In this document: piece after piece, positions 34,872 through 44,067 of the stretch
Numbering within the stretch: position 1 is the first letter of the stretch
Layout of the letters: the number at the start of each line of letters is the position of its first letter
Source: an uncultured Pseudomonadota bacterium
GTDB lineage: Bacteria; Pseudomonadota; Gammaproteobacteria; Steroidobacterales; Steroidobacteraceae
Direction: 5' to 3'
Length of the DNA: 64,000 nucleotides
NCBI GenBank assembly: GCA_963814675.1
Contig: CAWFDT010000015.1
Span: forward strand, 321,950-385,949
Made by a program: the position numbers and the translations under genes
Notes under the pieces: model-generated
The model's database searches: none
What the model saw: only the letters and a program-made list of their open reading frames with translations
What the model was told of the DNA's origin: nothing

Positions 34872-35521
34872 CCCCCACCATTACCGCCTTTGAACGGTCG
34901 CCCGATCGCGGCAAGGGACTGGCGCGTGACATGCGCGTTCGCTGGGCGCTTGAAGAAGTGGGCCAACCTTACGACGTTCGTCTTGTGTCGTTCGGTGCGA
35001 TGAAGGAACCCGCGCATCGAGCGCTTCATCCTTTCGGGCAGATTCCGACCTACGAAGAAGGCGATCTTGCCCTGTTCGAGTCGGGCGCGATCGTGCTCCA
35101 TATCGCAGAGCGTTATGCAGGCCTGCTGCCTGACGACGCGAAGGCACGGGCGCGCGCAATCACATGGATGTTTGCCGCGCTCAACACGGTTGAGCCGCCG
35201 ATCCTTGATCGCGAAATCACTAGGCTCCTGGAGGGTGACAAGACCTGGTACGAGCAGCGCCTGCCCCTCGTCGAGGATCGCATCCGTGGCCGGTTGGGCG
35301 AACTCTCCGGTCGCATTGGCGATGCCGAGTGGCTCGATGGTGCGTTCAGCGCGGGCGACCTGATGATGGTGGCGGTGCTTCTCAGGTTGAAAACATCGGA
35401 TATGCTGGATCAGTATCCGAACTTATGCGCCTATGTCGCCCGCGGCGCAGCGCGGCCCGCCTACAAGCGTGCTTTCGACGCTCAATTGGCGGTCTTCACT
35501 GGCAAGCCACCGACCGGTTGA
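34868..35521 (+). CDS. glutathione S-transferase
   Basis: 217 aa from the internal ATG, with HPFGQIPTYEEGDLALFESGAIVLHI and a C-terminal alpha domain. Confidence 0.88.
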   Translation: MTPTITAFERSPDRGKGLARDMRVRWALEEVGQPYDVRLVSFGAMKEPAHRALHPFGQIPTYEEGDLALFESGAIVLHIAERYAGLLPDDAKARARAITWMFAALNTVEPPILDREITRLLEGDKTWYEQRLPLVEDRIRGRLGELSGRIGDAEWLDGAFSAGDLMMVAVLLRLKTSDMLDQYPNLCAYVARGAARPAYKRAFDAQLAVFTGKPPTG

Positions 35522-35793
35522 TGAAGGGCAGCTCTGGGCTCGCTTGAGCCTTTCATGGCCTGACCTATAGACGGCAACAACGGGTCAACAGCCAGTCCTA
35601 GACTCCGCGCCCATGCGGCCTGGTGGCTCAGACACCGTGAGAATAGTGAGGCCTCTGCGAGCGCATGTCATCAGGGCCCGCGTCGACGGACGCCTCGAGA
35701 GGCCGGATATATTGTTTGCAGTCCGATCCTGGATCCTGAAATGAAGACGCGCTAGCAACGCAGGGGGAGTCCATATATCCGCACTAGCGAGTA

Positions 35794-35982
35794 TCAGCCC
35801 GCCTGGCGCCTGTGCTCGAGAGGCGTGTCCGGCACTGTGCCGGGTGCCACTTCGAGATGGTGCGCCAGCCTGTCGTAGCGATCTGCGAGCAAGCGGAGGT
35901 CTGCGACAGCCTCCGCGTGCAATAGCAAGGGGATCAGGTCCCGAATCTCGCTGGCCATCGCACGGTAGTCGGCTTCGGTCAT
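35794..35982 (-). CDS. small hypothetical protein (62 aa)
   Basis: GGGAGG lies 6 nt upstream of ATG 35982. MTEADYRAMASEIRDLIPLLLHAEAVADLRLLADRYDRLAHHLE is helical. Confidence 0.45.
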   Translation of the reverse strand: MTEADYRAMASEIRDLIPLLLHAEAVADLRLLADRYDRLAHHLEVAPGTVPDTPLEHRRQAG

Positions 35983-36377
35983 GGGGCTGCCTCCCTGTGA
36001 GTCTGCAAGCAAAGTGTAGCTGCCGCGCAATCCCTAGCCCGTCAGTGACTTCCTTGCGCGTTGTCGGAGGGAACTTACATGCGCGTGCAAAGCTGGGCAG
36101 TTCCCAAAGAAACATCAAGCGGGCACGAGGCGCCCCCATTTGCCTCGCGTGGACCGGCGCTCAGGCGTTGTGCGTCAGTGCGAATGAACGACCGTAGAGT
36201 GGCTGCAGTAGCGCTCTGCCCAGGTGTCGGCGCGCTGCAGCCCAGAATCGTGGGCTCGACGTACTTTAGAAATTCTGAAGAGTCGTTAACCAAGACTGGC
36301 GGCCCGAGGTGCGGGCCTCTCTTAGAGTTACGTGCAGGTCGCCGAGGGTGCGCAGCATGTCTCTAGGAGAAAGATCC

Positions 36378-37223
36378 ATGAACAATCTGGTTGACGCCGA
36401 CGTACGGGACGACGTCGTCCGTGCTCAAATTGAGTTCTTGAGGCCTACAGAAGGTCGAGCATTTAGCTATGGCTACGAGCCGGCGGTTCATGAGCCACGA
36501 CCAACAGCGCGATTCGTTCCACACCCGGTAGATATCCACGATGCGCGCAAGGAACAGCCACTGCTCTCCCTGAATCAGCATGGCGCGACCTTGGTCAATC
36601 ACCGAAGCAGCGTTAGGGATTTCTATGACGACAGTCGGCTGATCAAGGTCTACTACCCGGAGGCCGCAGCCGTCATACAGGCGGCCACCGGGGCGAGACG
36701 AGTAATGGTGTTCGATCACAACGTTCGCCGCGGGCTTTCCATTCCACTGCGGACCGACCGGTACGCCCAGGGCCGGCCCGTGTTGCACGCCCATACGGAC
36801 TTCACCGAAGGTTCGGCTGTGCGCCGTCTCCGCGACCAGCTCGGCACGGAGGCAACCTTACTTCTGCGTCGTCGGTTCATTCAGGTCAACATGTGGTGTC
36901 CGATCACCGGTCCACTACGCGACGCACCGCTCGCAATCTGTGACTCCAGCAGCATCGCACCGCACCAACTCGTCCCGGTGGACCTTCTGTACCCGGAGCG
37001 CCGAGGGGAGATTTACTACCTGACCTACGATCCGAATCAGCGCTGGTATTACGCGCCAGACATGCAGCCCGATGAGGCGTGGCTTCTCAAGAACTATGAT
37101 TCCGCGCTGGTAGGGACGGGTCGCTTCGGTGCGCACTGCGCATTCGACGATCCGACGCCATGGAGCTACGTGCCGGCACGAGAGAGTATCGAGGTTCGTG
37201 CATTTGCGTTCTTCGACGGCTGA
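36378..37223 (+). CDS. CmcJ/NvfI-family oxidoreductase-like protein
   Basis: AGGAGA lies 7 nt upstream of the ATG. VMVFDHNVR, HAHTDFT, VNMWCPI and the YYAPDM pattern are as recalled for this family. Confidence 0.65.
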   Translation: MNNLVDADVRDDVVRAQIEFLRPTEGRAFSYGYEPAVHEPRPTARFVPHPVDIHDARKEQPLLSLNQHGATLVNHRSSVRDFYDDSRLIKVYYPEAAAVIQAATGARRVMVFDHNVRRGLSIPLRTDRYAQGRPVLHAHTDFTEGSAVRRLRDQLGTEATLLLRRRFIQVNMWCPITGPLRDAPLAICDSSSIAPHQLVPVDLLYPERRGEIYYLTYDPNQRWYYAPDMQPDEAWLLKNYDSALVGTGRFGAHCAFDDPTPWSYVPARESIEVRAFAFFDG

Positions 37224-37301
37224 CGAGCTGGCAGCTCGGGGTCGGTTGTTGCCACTGCGCGCAGCGGGGTTCAGTTCGGCCAAGACAGAATCCCGGACGG
37301 A

Positions 37302-38420
37302 TCAGGGATAGATATGCACCATGTTCGACGACGTGGCGCCGAAACGGACACGTTTCCAACGGCCCGACGAGTGCTCTTGCACCTCGACTCGCAGGTGGCG
37401 CACGCCGCTTTCGCTCAGTAAGTCGGGGTCAGTCGACATTTCCCGCTCGGCAAGTGGCTCGGCGCCTCGGGAGACGCGGCGCGGTGCGTCACTCAAGGGC
37501 TTTGATTGTGTCGACGATCCTGGCGTGCCGTTGGAATCGATCCCCCGATCGACTCCTTGCTCCACGAGATACGGGATTGCAGAGGTGCCGATACCGGCTT
37601 CGCGTGCACGCGTGACCTCCTGCTCGACAACGGGCACCACAGCCGCGGAGGCGAAGGTCGAGCGCACTTGGACAGCGACTTGCTTCGCAGAGCTCGGATC
37701 TGCGAAGAACCCCAGCCGCAGAAAATTGCGGGAACGCCCCTTGCGGCGACTTTCTGTCGCGTAGAGCGTATATGCCTTGAATATAGCGAGCGACGGCACG
37801 CGGTTGAGCTCGATCGGCTGCGCCGACCAGTGGAGCTGCACGGCAAAGGAAACCGGTGCACCCTGAACGACAGCCTCCTTCAAAGCCTGCCGAGTAGTTG
37901 TGTCGTCGGGGCGGAGCAACGCGATCTGATCGCAATTCCTCTCCTCCACGTCGTCCTGAACTGCGGAAACACGGCGCGCTTCCAGAATCTTTAGGACCTG
38001 TGTGTCGGTCAACGATTCATCTTTGACCGGTGCAGGGTCGCTGCTTTGGGGAACTACCGCCTGAGAAGCAGCGGGCGGCAGCGAAAGCGCCTCGGAATTT
38101 TCCGGCCGCAAAAACGCGACCGGTGCGATGGTTGCGAACGCGTTGGGATAATGGCGACGTACGGCCTCTACCCATCTCTCGGCATCCGCCAGCGTCTCGA
38201 AGTACCCCATGTGGAGGTACAACCGCTCACTGCCATCCGGCTGACGCGCACGACTCATGAAGAATGTGAAAGGCTTTAGCCGCGGTGATTGGGGCGGTCG
38301 AATGGACACCGGTGCAGCCAGCGGGCACAGCGTGAGCATGAAATGGCCAGTACCAACCTGCGCCCGATGCACTGGATTGGGGTTCGATGACCCAGTGGGC
38401 CTTGCCGATGTTGGTGTCAT
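37302..38420 (-). CDS. hypothetical protein with two SPOR-like repeats
   Basis: GGGAGAG precedes ATG 38420. Two segments (HFMLTL...LYLHMGYFETLADAERW and FAVQLHWS...FLRLGFFADPSSAKQV) fit the SPOR beta-alpha-beta pattern. Confidence 0.5.
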   Translation of the reverse strand: MTPTSARPTGSSNPNPVHRAQVGTGHFMLTLCPLAAPVSIRPPQSPRLKPFTFFMSRARQPDGSERLYLHMGYFETLADAERWVEAVRRHYPNAFATIAPVAFLRPENSEALSLPPAASQAVVPQSSDPAPVKDESLTDTQVLKILEARRVSAVQDDVEERNCDQIALLRPDDTTTRQALKEAVVQGAPVSFAVQLHWSAQPIELNRVPSLAIFKAYTLYATESRRKGRSRNFLRLGFFADPSSAKQVAVQVRSTFASAAVVPVVEQEVTRAREAGIGTSAIPYLVEQGVDRGIDSNGTPGSSTQSKPLSDAPRRVSRGAEPLAEREMSTDPDLLSESGVRHLRVEVQEHSSGRWKRVRFGATSSNMVHIYP

Positions 38421-38855
38421 AAGCTCTCCCTGAAACGAACGTTCGAGTCACGGTCGGGAGAGCGTCAGATCTAAGGCAGGCGAGCTTGCACGCTCACACC
38501 CGGGAGTGGAGTGGCAACCCCGCTGTCTTAGGCTGTCACGCCCGTAGACCGGTAGCTTTGCGTCCCCGCCTTTCGAACGGGTTTGCCCTTTTCGGTGCCT
38601 AGCTCGGTCTCAGGACGTGTCCGACTCGAGTCTAGTCAAGACTCGCAGAATGGATCGCATCTCAAGATCGGCTGTCATAAGGATGGCCGCTTGAGGACGA
38701 TATGTCTAGTGGTATGGCACCTCAGGTAGTGCCCCGGAGCTCCTGAACCGAGTCCGCGCTCCGCTCCCGAGTCTGAGCGAACGCCGTTTGCACCTACCGG
38801 GGGCGACCAGCCACGGGGCGGCTCGATCCGGACGCTGCCGCTGGTGCCGTGTGGG

Positions 38856-39160
38856 ATGACCGGTTGCGACCAGGCTGACCGCACGACGACCATTCGCGAG
38901 CCGTGGAACAAAGGAAAGCTCGTGGGTTAGAAGGCAGGCTCGAAGCTGGTGCCGTTTGAAATCACCGAGCGGACCCGTGAAGCGGTCGGTGCCTGGATTG
39001 GGCACGCCGGGATGATCCCAGAGGACCCAGTGTCAGACCGCGACCCTCATTCGCATTACATAACACTGGCTCACGACCCCGGCGCGCACCGCTGAGCACG
39101 ACTGCGGCAAGCCAAGGGCTACGTTGTGGGTCACCCTACGTCCCCAAGAGAATATTGCTT
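38856..39160 (+). pseudogene. relic of a tyrosine recombinase (phage-type integrase)
   Basis: MTGCDQADRTTTIREPWNKGKLVG, TAG at 38928-38930, then KAGSKL VPFEITERTREAVGAWIGHAG. A large internal deletion follows, with further frame-shifted GH-box-like remnants (VVGHPT). Confidence 0.55.
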
Positions 39161-39189
39161 GACAACCATGTATTATCGTATAACGATAA
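39159..39189 (+). promoter_or_regulatory. -35-like TTGACA plus perfect palindrome upstream of the DUF2975/HTH pair
   Basis: TTGACA at 39159-39164. TTATCGT-ata-ACGATAA at 39173-39189. ATG of the next gene at 39196. Confidence 0.35.
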
Positions 39190-39195
39190 CTATAC

Positions 39196-39765
39196 ATGAA
39201 AAGAAGATCAGATCGCTCCGCATCACCCGGCCGCATTCCGCCGGTCAATTCACGTCTGTGTCGTCGCGTAGGCACCGCCGCGGCGCTCAGCGGTATCGCG
39301 CTTGTCAGCATCAACGCGACGATGTGGCTGGTGCCCGAGATGGCCCCCTACGCCGCGCGCGGTGGCGCGAATTTGCAGGACGACCCAATCACTCTCACGC
39401 CGGTGATCCGCGCGATCGGTCTGGCAGGCTCGACACTGCATCTCGTGATTCTTGCCTGGGGGCTGTTCGTCGCGCGCGCGCTGCTGAGACGCCTGGCCGA
39501 CGGGCTGGTGTTTGAGCCCGAGACTGGCCAGCTGCTGCGTCGCTTCGGCATGTCCCTCGTCGTGTACGCGGCACTCCAGCCGCCAGTTGCCACGGGCATG
39601 GCGTGGCTGGTTACGAAGCTCAATCCGCCGGGCGAGCGGCTTCTTCGATTCGGACTCACGGACCACGAGATCGTTCTCGCGATCGTCGGCGTGCTCATCC
39701 TCACAACCGGTTCCGTACTGGCTGAGGCGACACGAATAGCGGAAGAGAATCGGCAGATCGTCTAA
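39196..39765 (+). CDS. DUF2975-like membrane protein
   Basis: 189 aa and 4 hydrophobic segments. It lies immediately upstream of a YozG-type HTH gene, which is the classical DUF2975 pairing. Confidence 0.65.
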   Translation: MKRRSDRSASPGRIPPVNSRLCRRVGTAAALSGIALVSINATMWLVPEMAPYAARGGANLQDDPITLTPVIRAIGLAGSTLHLVILAWGLFVARALLRRLADGLVFEPETGQLLRRFGMSLVVYAALQPPVATGMAWLVTKLNPPGERLLRFGLTDHEIVLAIVGVLILTTGSVLAEATRIAEENRQIV

Positions 39766-39767
39766 GC

Positions 39768-39983
39768 ATGCCGATCATCGTCACTCTCGACATCATGCTT
39801 GCCAAACGAAAGATGCGCTCGAAAGAGCTCGCCGAGAAGATCGGGATCACCGAAGTGAACGTGTCGCTGCTGAAAAGCGGACGCGTCAAAGGCGTGCGAT
39901 TCGAGACGCTGGCTAAGATCTGCGAGGTCCTGGATTGCCAGCCCGCCGATCTCCTTGAATACAGGAAGGACGCTGACTCATGA
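39768..39983 (+). CDS. small Cro/C1-type HTH transcriptional regulator (YozG-like)
   Basis: MPIIVTLDIMLAKRKMRSKELAEKIGITEVNVSLLKSGRVKGVRFETLAKICEVLDCQPADLLEY. Confidence 0.85.
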   Translation: MPIIVTLDIMLAKRKMRSKELAEKIGITEVNVSLLKSGRVKGVRFETLAKICEVLDCQPADLLEYRKDADS

Positions 39984-40103
39984 GCTGCGTCCGCTTCGTT
40001 CGCTTGACTCCCCCGTGAGCAGTTCTCGCGGGGACGGCTTACACGGTGGCAGCGAGATCAGAGTTCCACGGGCCCCCACATAACAAGAAACGAGATAGCA
40101 ATC

Positions 40104-40643
40104 ATGCCAGCAAGTCCGCCGCCGAGCCCGATGCCGGAATCGAAGCAGGTACTAGTGGAGCCGATATTCGAGGAGCAACTGATCGCTCTGCGCGCCGTCT
40201 TCTTCCGCCGCGTCCGCAGCCAGCCACAAGCCGCTGACCTCGCCCAGGAGGTCTACGTCCGCATGCTGCAGGTTAAGGACATAGGCGCAATTCGCGACCC
40301 ACACGCATACCTGTTTACAGTCGCACGCAATCTTGCCGACGAGCACGCATTCCAGCGCCGTGCACAGTTTGCGGTTGATGTCGAAGAGTCGAGTGTCCAA
40401 GCGGAACTGGCTGAGGTGCCAAACTTTGGTACGCAGATCGCCACCGCACGGCGCTCCAAGAAACTGCGGAACGTGTTGTGCAAGCTTCCGGCGAAGCAAC
40501 GGGCCGCGGTCGAGATGGCGTATTGGCACGGCCTGAGCTACGAGCAAATCGCGCAACGACTGAGCGTCTCGACCCATATGGTCAAGAAATACCTGAGTCA
40601 GGCGCTCGTGATCTGCCGGCTTCGCATGGCGCGATTGAGATGA
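40104..40643 (+). CDS. ECF (FecI-type) RNA polymerase sigma-70 factor, no adjacent anti-sigma gene
   Basis: Region 2 is ADLAQEVYVRML...YLFTVARNL. Region 4 is LPAKQRAAVEMAYWHGLSYEQIAQRLSVSTHMVKKYL. Confidence 0.85.
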   Translation: MPASPPPSPMPESKQVLVEPIFEEQLIALRAVFFRRVRSQPQAADLAQEVYVRMLQVKDIGAIRDPHAYLFTVARNLADEHAFQRRAQFAVDVEESSVQAELAEVPNFGTQIATARRSKKLRNVLCKLPAKQRAAVEMAYWHGLSYEQIAQRLSVSTHMVKKYLSQALVICRLRMARLR

Positions 40644-40801
40644 ACGGATGAACAGGGGCGAAGAAGCTGCGCGGTCCTGTTAGGTCAGCCGACTGGCATG
40701 AATCTGACTGGCAAATGAAGGCGGCTGCTTGAGAGTGGTTGACTGTCTGAAGAGTCCAACCTTTCGCGCGGGCGAATGGCAGGGCTCAGAACGTCTTGTC
40801 G

Positions 40802-41302
40802 ATGAACATCAAGATCAGAGGTGAGACTTCGGTTGACTTACCGGCGATCGAGGCCCTGACGACCGCCGCGTTCTTGAATGTGCCGCACACAAGCCACACC
40901 GAGCAGCGCATCGTCGACGCGTTGCGCACAGCCGGGAAACTCGCCATCTCGCTCGTCGCAGAATCGGATGGCAGCGCAATCGGCCACGTCGCGATATCCC
41001 CGGTATCCATATCAGACGGCGCGTCAGGTTGGTTCGGACTTGGCCCTATTTCGGTGATGCCGGAACAGCAACGTCGTGGCGTCGGCTCCCAGCTCATGCG
41101 CGAAGCTCTGCGCCTGCTTCGCGAGCGTGGCGCTTCTGGCTGTGTTGTGCTTGGCGAGCCAGCGTACTACGGCAGATTTGGCTTCAAAGCCGATCCCAAC
41201 CTCGTGCTGCGCGGCGTTCCGACAGAATACTTCCAAGCTATTGCATTCGGCTCTTCGCGGCCGAAGGGCATCGTTACCTACGATGAGGCGTTCAACGCAT
41301 AG
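40802..41302 (+). CDS. GNAT-family N-acetyltransferase
   Basis: 166 aa from ATG 40802, with the acetyl-CoA motif QRRGVGSQLMREAL. Confidence 0.85.
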   Translation: MNIKIRGETSVDLPAIEALTTAAFLNVPHTSHTEQRIVDALRTAGKLAISLVAESDGSAIGHVAISPVSISDGASGWFGLGPISVMPEQQRRGVGSQLMREALRLLRERGASGCVVLGEPAYYGRFGFKADPNLVLRGVPTEYFQAIAFGSSRPKGIVTYDEAFNA

Positions 41303-41705
41303 AGCTGACGTCGTAAATCAGAGTATCCCTAACGGAATGGGCAGAAGACCGCTTTGGGTCAACTCCGGAGGCGCCGGCCAAGCCGTCGGCAGCCAACCAA
41401 AAGCACTCATTCTAGAATGGCCCAGTTCGGTCAGGACCGGGAGTCTGGGCCACTTCGGAAGCAGGCGGCCAGAAGCGGGCGCCCGGCCGGTGCACTGCAG
41501 CTGCGCGCCATGAGGGCGCTGCGCTATCTTGCGCTCATGGCGCGCATCAAACGCATGTGTCCGGCCGCTAAAGCGCGACGTTAGAAGTCATGCCTGGCGT
41601 CAGCGTTGAGAGTCCAGAAGCGGTATTGTCTTCTCCTGGAAACGCCAGCTCGAGCTTGCTGCCGTTCATTTGTTACGCAGGTTCCAGAACATAAAGGAGT
41701 CGCTC

Positions 41706-42608
41706 TTGAACGGCTCAATCCGCAGAGCCTTTAGGACGTTATTTGTTCCGGCTATGCTGACTACATTGGCGGTCGCGCGCGATGAACCGCCGGGTACGTG
41801 CAAGGATTGTGCTGTATGGAATGAGACTCAAAAGCCGTTTCGGGTGTACGGCAACACCTACTACGTCGGCGTCCGCGGACTGAGCTCGATTCTCATCACG
41901 TCCGATCGAGGCCACGTCCTTATCGACGGCGACCTGGCGGAATCCGCGCCCAAGATCGCTGCGGGCGTCCTGGAGCTGGGATTCCGGATGGAGGACGTGA
42001 AGTTCATTCTTAATTCCCACGTGCACTTTGATCATGCCGGCGGCATCGCCGAGCTGCAGCGTCTGAGTGGGGCGAAAGTAGTGGCGAGCCAGTCCAGCGC
42101 AAAGGTACTGCAAGAGGGGCACTCTGGGGTGGATGACCCTCAGTTCGGCAGTATTCGCGGCATACCGCCCGTCGCGCACGTGAAAGTCGTGAAAGACGGC
42201 GAGACGCTGAGGGTGGGGCCGCTTCAGCTCACAGCTCACTTGACGCCCGGGCATACGCCCGGCGGCACAACCTGGACATGGAAATCGTGCGAGAGCGAAC
42301 GATGCCTCAACGTGGTGTACGCGGATAGCCTCACGCCGGTATCGGCGGATGACTTTCTATTCACGAGAAATTCCACCTACCCCAATGTACTTAAGGACTT
42401 CGAGAACAGTTTCAATAAGCTCGACATGCTGCCATGCGATATTCTCCTGACGCCGCATCCGGAGGTGTCAGATTTGTGGACAAGGCTCGAGAAGCACGAT
42501 CGCGGCGCTGGGGCCGACGCCTTCGTCGACCCGACGGCGTGCCGCCGTCTCGTGGCTGCGGCCCGGGAGCGGCTCCAGGCGCGCGTGGTGGCTGAGCGAA
42601 GGGGTTAG
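41706..42608 (+). CDS. subclass B3 metallo-beta-lactamase
   Basis: AAGGAG lies 6 nt upstream of TTG 41706. Signal peptide is present. HVHFDH (H116-x-H118-x-D120-H121), TPGHTPGG (H196) and TPHPE (H263) are all intact. Confidence 0.85.
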   Translation: MNGSIRRAFRTLFVPAMLTTLAVARDEPPGTCKDCAVWNETQKPFRVYGNTYYVGVRGLSSILITSDRGHVLIDGDLAESAPKIAAGVLELGFRMEDVKFILNSHVHFDHAGGIAELQRLSGAKVVASQSSAKVLQEGHSGVDDPQFGSIRGIPPVAHVKVVKDGETLRVGPLQLTAHLTPGHTPGGTTWTWKSCESERCLNVVYADSLTPVSADDFLFTRNSTYPNVLKDFENSFNKLDMLPCDILLTPHPEVSDLWTRLEKHDRGAGADAFVDPTACRRLVAAARERLQARVVAERRG

Positions 42609-42698
42609 CGTGCAGTCAACCGAACTTCGCCGTTAAACTTCACATACCATGCAGTTCGCAACGATTCGTGTCACGGACTTCCCAGGGCATATCGCGCC

Positions 42699-43037
42699 AT
42701 GACGCACAGTGATCCGAGATCAATGAGACGCGAATTTGTCGTTGGATTGTTCGTCGGACTTAGGGTGGTATGGCCGGTCCTCTCGGGGCTTCTGGTAGCG
42801 ATAGTTGGGCTTGGCCTCCTGATCGGGTTTATCGAAGGCTGGTCGGTATCAGACTCAATCTATTTTGCGTTTGTATCGGGCCTCACAATTGGCTACGGCG
42901 ACCTTGCTCCGAAGACGCTGGTCACACGTGTGCTCGCCATCATGATCGGCATCTGTGGCGTTCTGTTGACCGGCCTGGTGGCTGCGGTCGCTGTCAAAGC
43001 GTTGAGCGCGGTGAGGGCCGGAGGAAGTCGGGAGTGA
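42699..43037 (+). CDS. minimal two-TM potassium-channel-like protein
   Basis: 112 aa. TM1, then pore helix plus filter FVSGLTIGYGDLAP, then TM2. Confidence 0.7.
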   Translation: MTHSDPRSMRREFVVGLFVGLRVVWPVLSGLLVAIVGLGLLIGFIEGWSVSDSIYFAFVSGLTIGYGDLAPKTLVTRVLAIMIGICGVLLTGLVAAVAVKALSAVRAGGSRE

Positions 43038-43221
43038 CCGGCCGTGACAGCCACGCTGCTATTGCGCTGAGCTTGGCCGCTGGGCTGAGACACATGTGGA
43101 TGATAAGTCCCACGCGGCTGGGTCATGCGCAGGGCAGTCCCAAAAAGCACTCGCGCCTCTTTGCCAGAAAGAGCCAAAGTCGCCGCCCACCTTGGGTCAG
43201 CGCGATAGACTCGTTCGCGGG

Positions 43222-44067
43222 TTATCTTGTCGGGGAGAGCCTCGATAGATAATCCATTTCCAGCTCGCCTTCATAGGTTTCGGCGCCGACCTTCAATGCT
43301 TCCTTCACGCGCGCTTGCGTCACCTCGCTAGCGACACTCAAGTCGGACTCATGGGCTTCAACGAGAAGCCCCTCTGCCATGGAACTAAATGCTCCAGCAT
43401 CCACGGCTGTCTTGGCGTGAGCGATGGCATGCGCAGGAAATGAGGCGATGCGGTGAGCCAGATTCTCGACAAATGGCGTCAGCTCGTCCGCTGGCAACGC
43501 TCGATTGATATAGCCATAACGTTCTGCCAGCTGTGCCGAGAGATCATTGCAGCCCAGGAGCACCTCCAAGGCGCGTCCCCGCCCGATGAGCCGTGGCAAT
43601 CTCTGCGTGCCGCCGCCGCCCGGAACCAGTCCAACCGCCACCTCTGGATGGCCGAAGATCGCTTTGCCAACGGCAGCGAAACACATATCCATGGCCAGCG
43701 CGATCTCGCTCCCCCCGCCCCGGGCCCGGCCCTCGATTTTGGCAATGGTCACCTTGGGCATGTTCCTGAACCGCTCGCCGATCGTCTGCGTAAGACGAAA
43801 GCTGCGCGTAACGGATACCATTTTGGACGCGGCTCCAACCCTGCCCAAACCAGAGTGGGCGATAAAGAAATCGGGAAGCGCGCTCTGTAAGACCACGACC
43901 CGCACACTCTCATCGGTCTCGAGTTCCCTGCCGAGTTTGTCGAATTCCTGCGAGAGAACTTCATCAAGAAGATTTATCGGCGGGTGATTGATGCTGATGA
44001 ATGCGATTCCAGAATCAAACCCGAACCGGAAACATTTGTAATCAGAATACTCATAGAGTGACTTCAT
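43222..44067 (-). CDS. enoyl-CoA hydratase/isomerase (crotonase) family protein
   Basis: 281 aa with FIAHSG and GRARGGGSEIALAMDMCFA..HPEVAVGLVPGGGGTQRLPRLIG. Confidence 0.85.
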   Translation of the reverse strand: MKSLYEYSDYKCFRFGFDSGIAFISINHPPINLLDEVLSQEFDKLGRELETDESVRVVVLQSALPDFFIAHSGLGRVGAASKMVSVTRSFRLTQTIGERFRNMPKVTIAKIEGRARGGGSEIALAMDMCFAAVGKAIFGHPEVAVGLVPGGGGTQRLPRLIGRGRALEVLLGCNDLSAQLAERYGYINRALPADELTPFVENLAHRIASFPAHAIAHAKTAVDAGAFSSMAEGLLVEAHESDLSVASEVTQARVKEALKVGAETYEGELEMDYLSRLSPTR

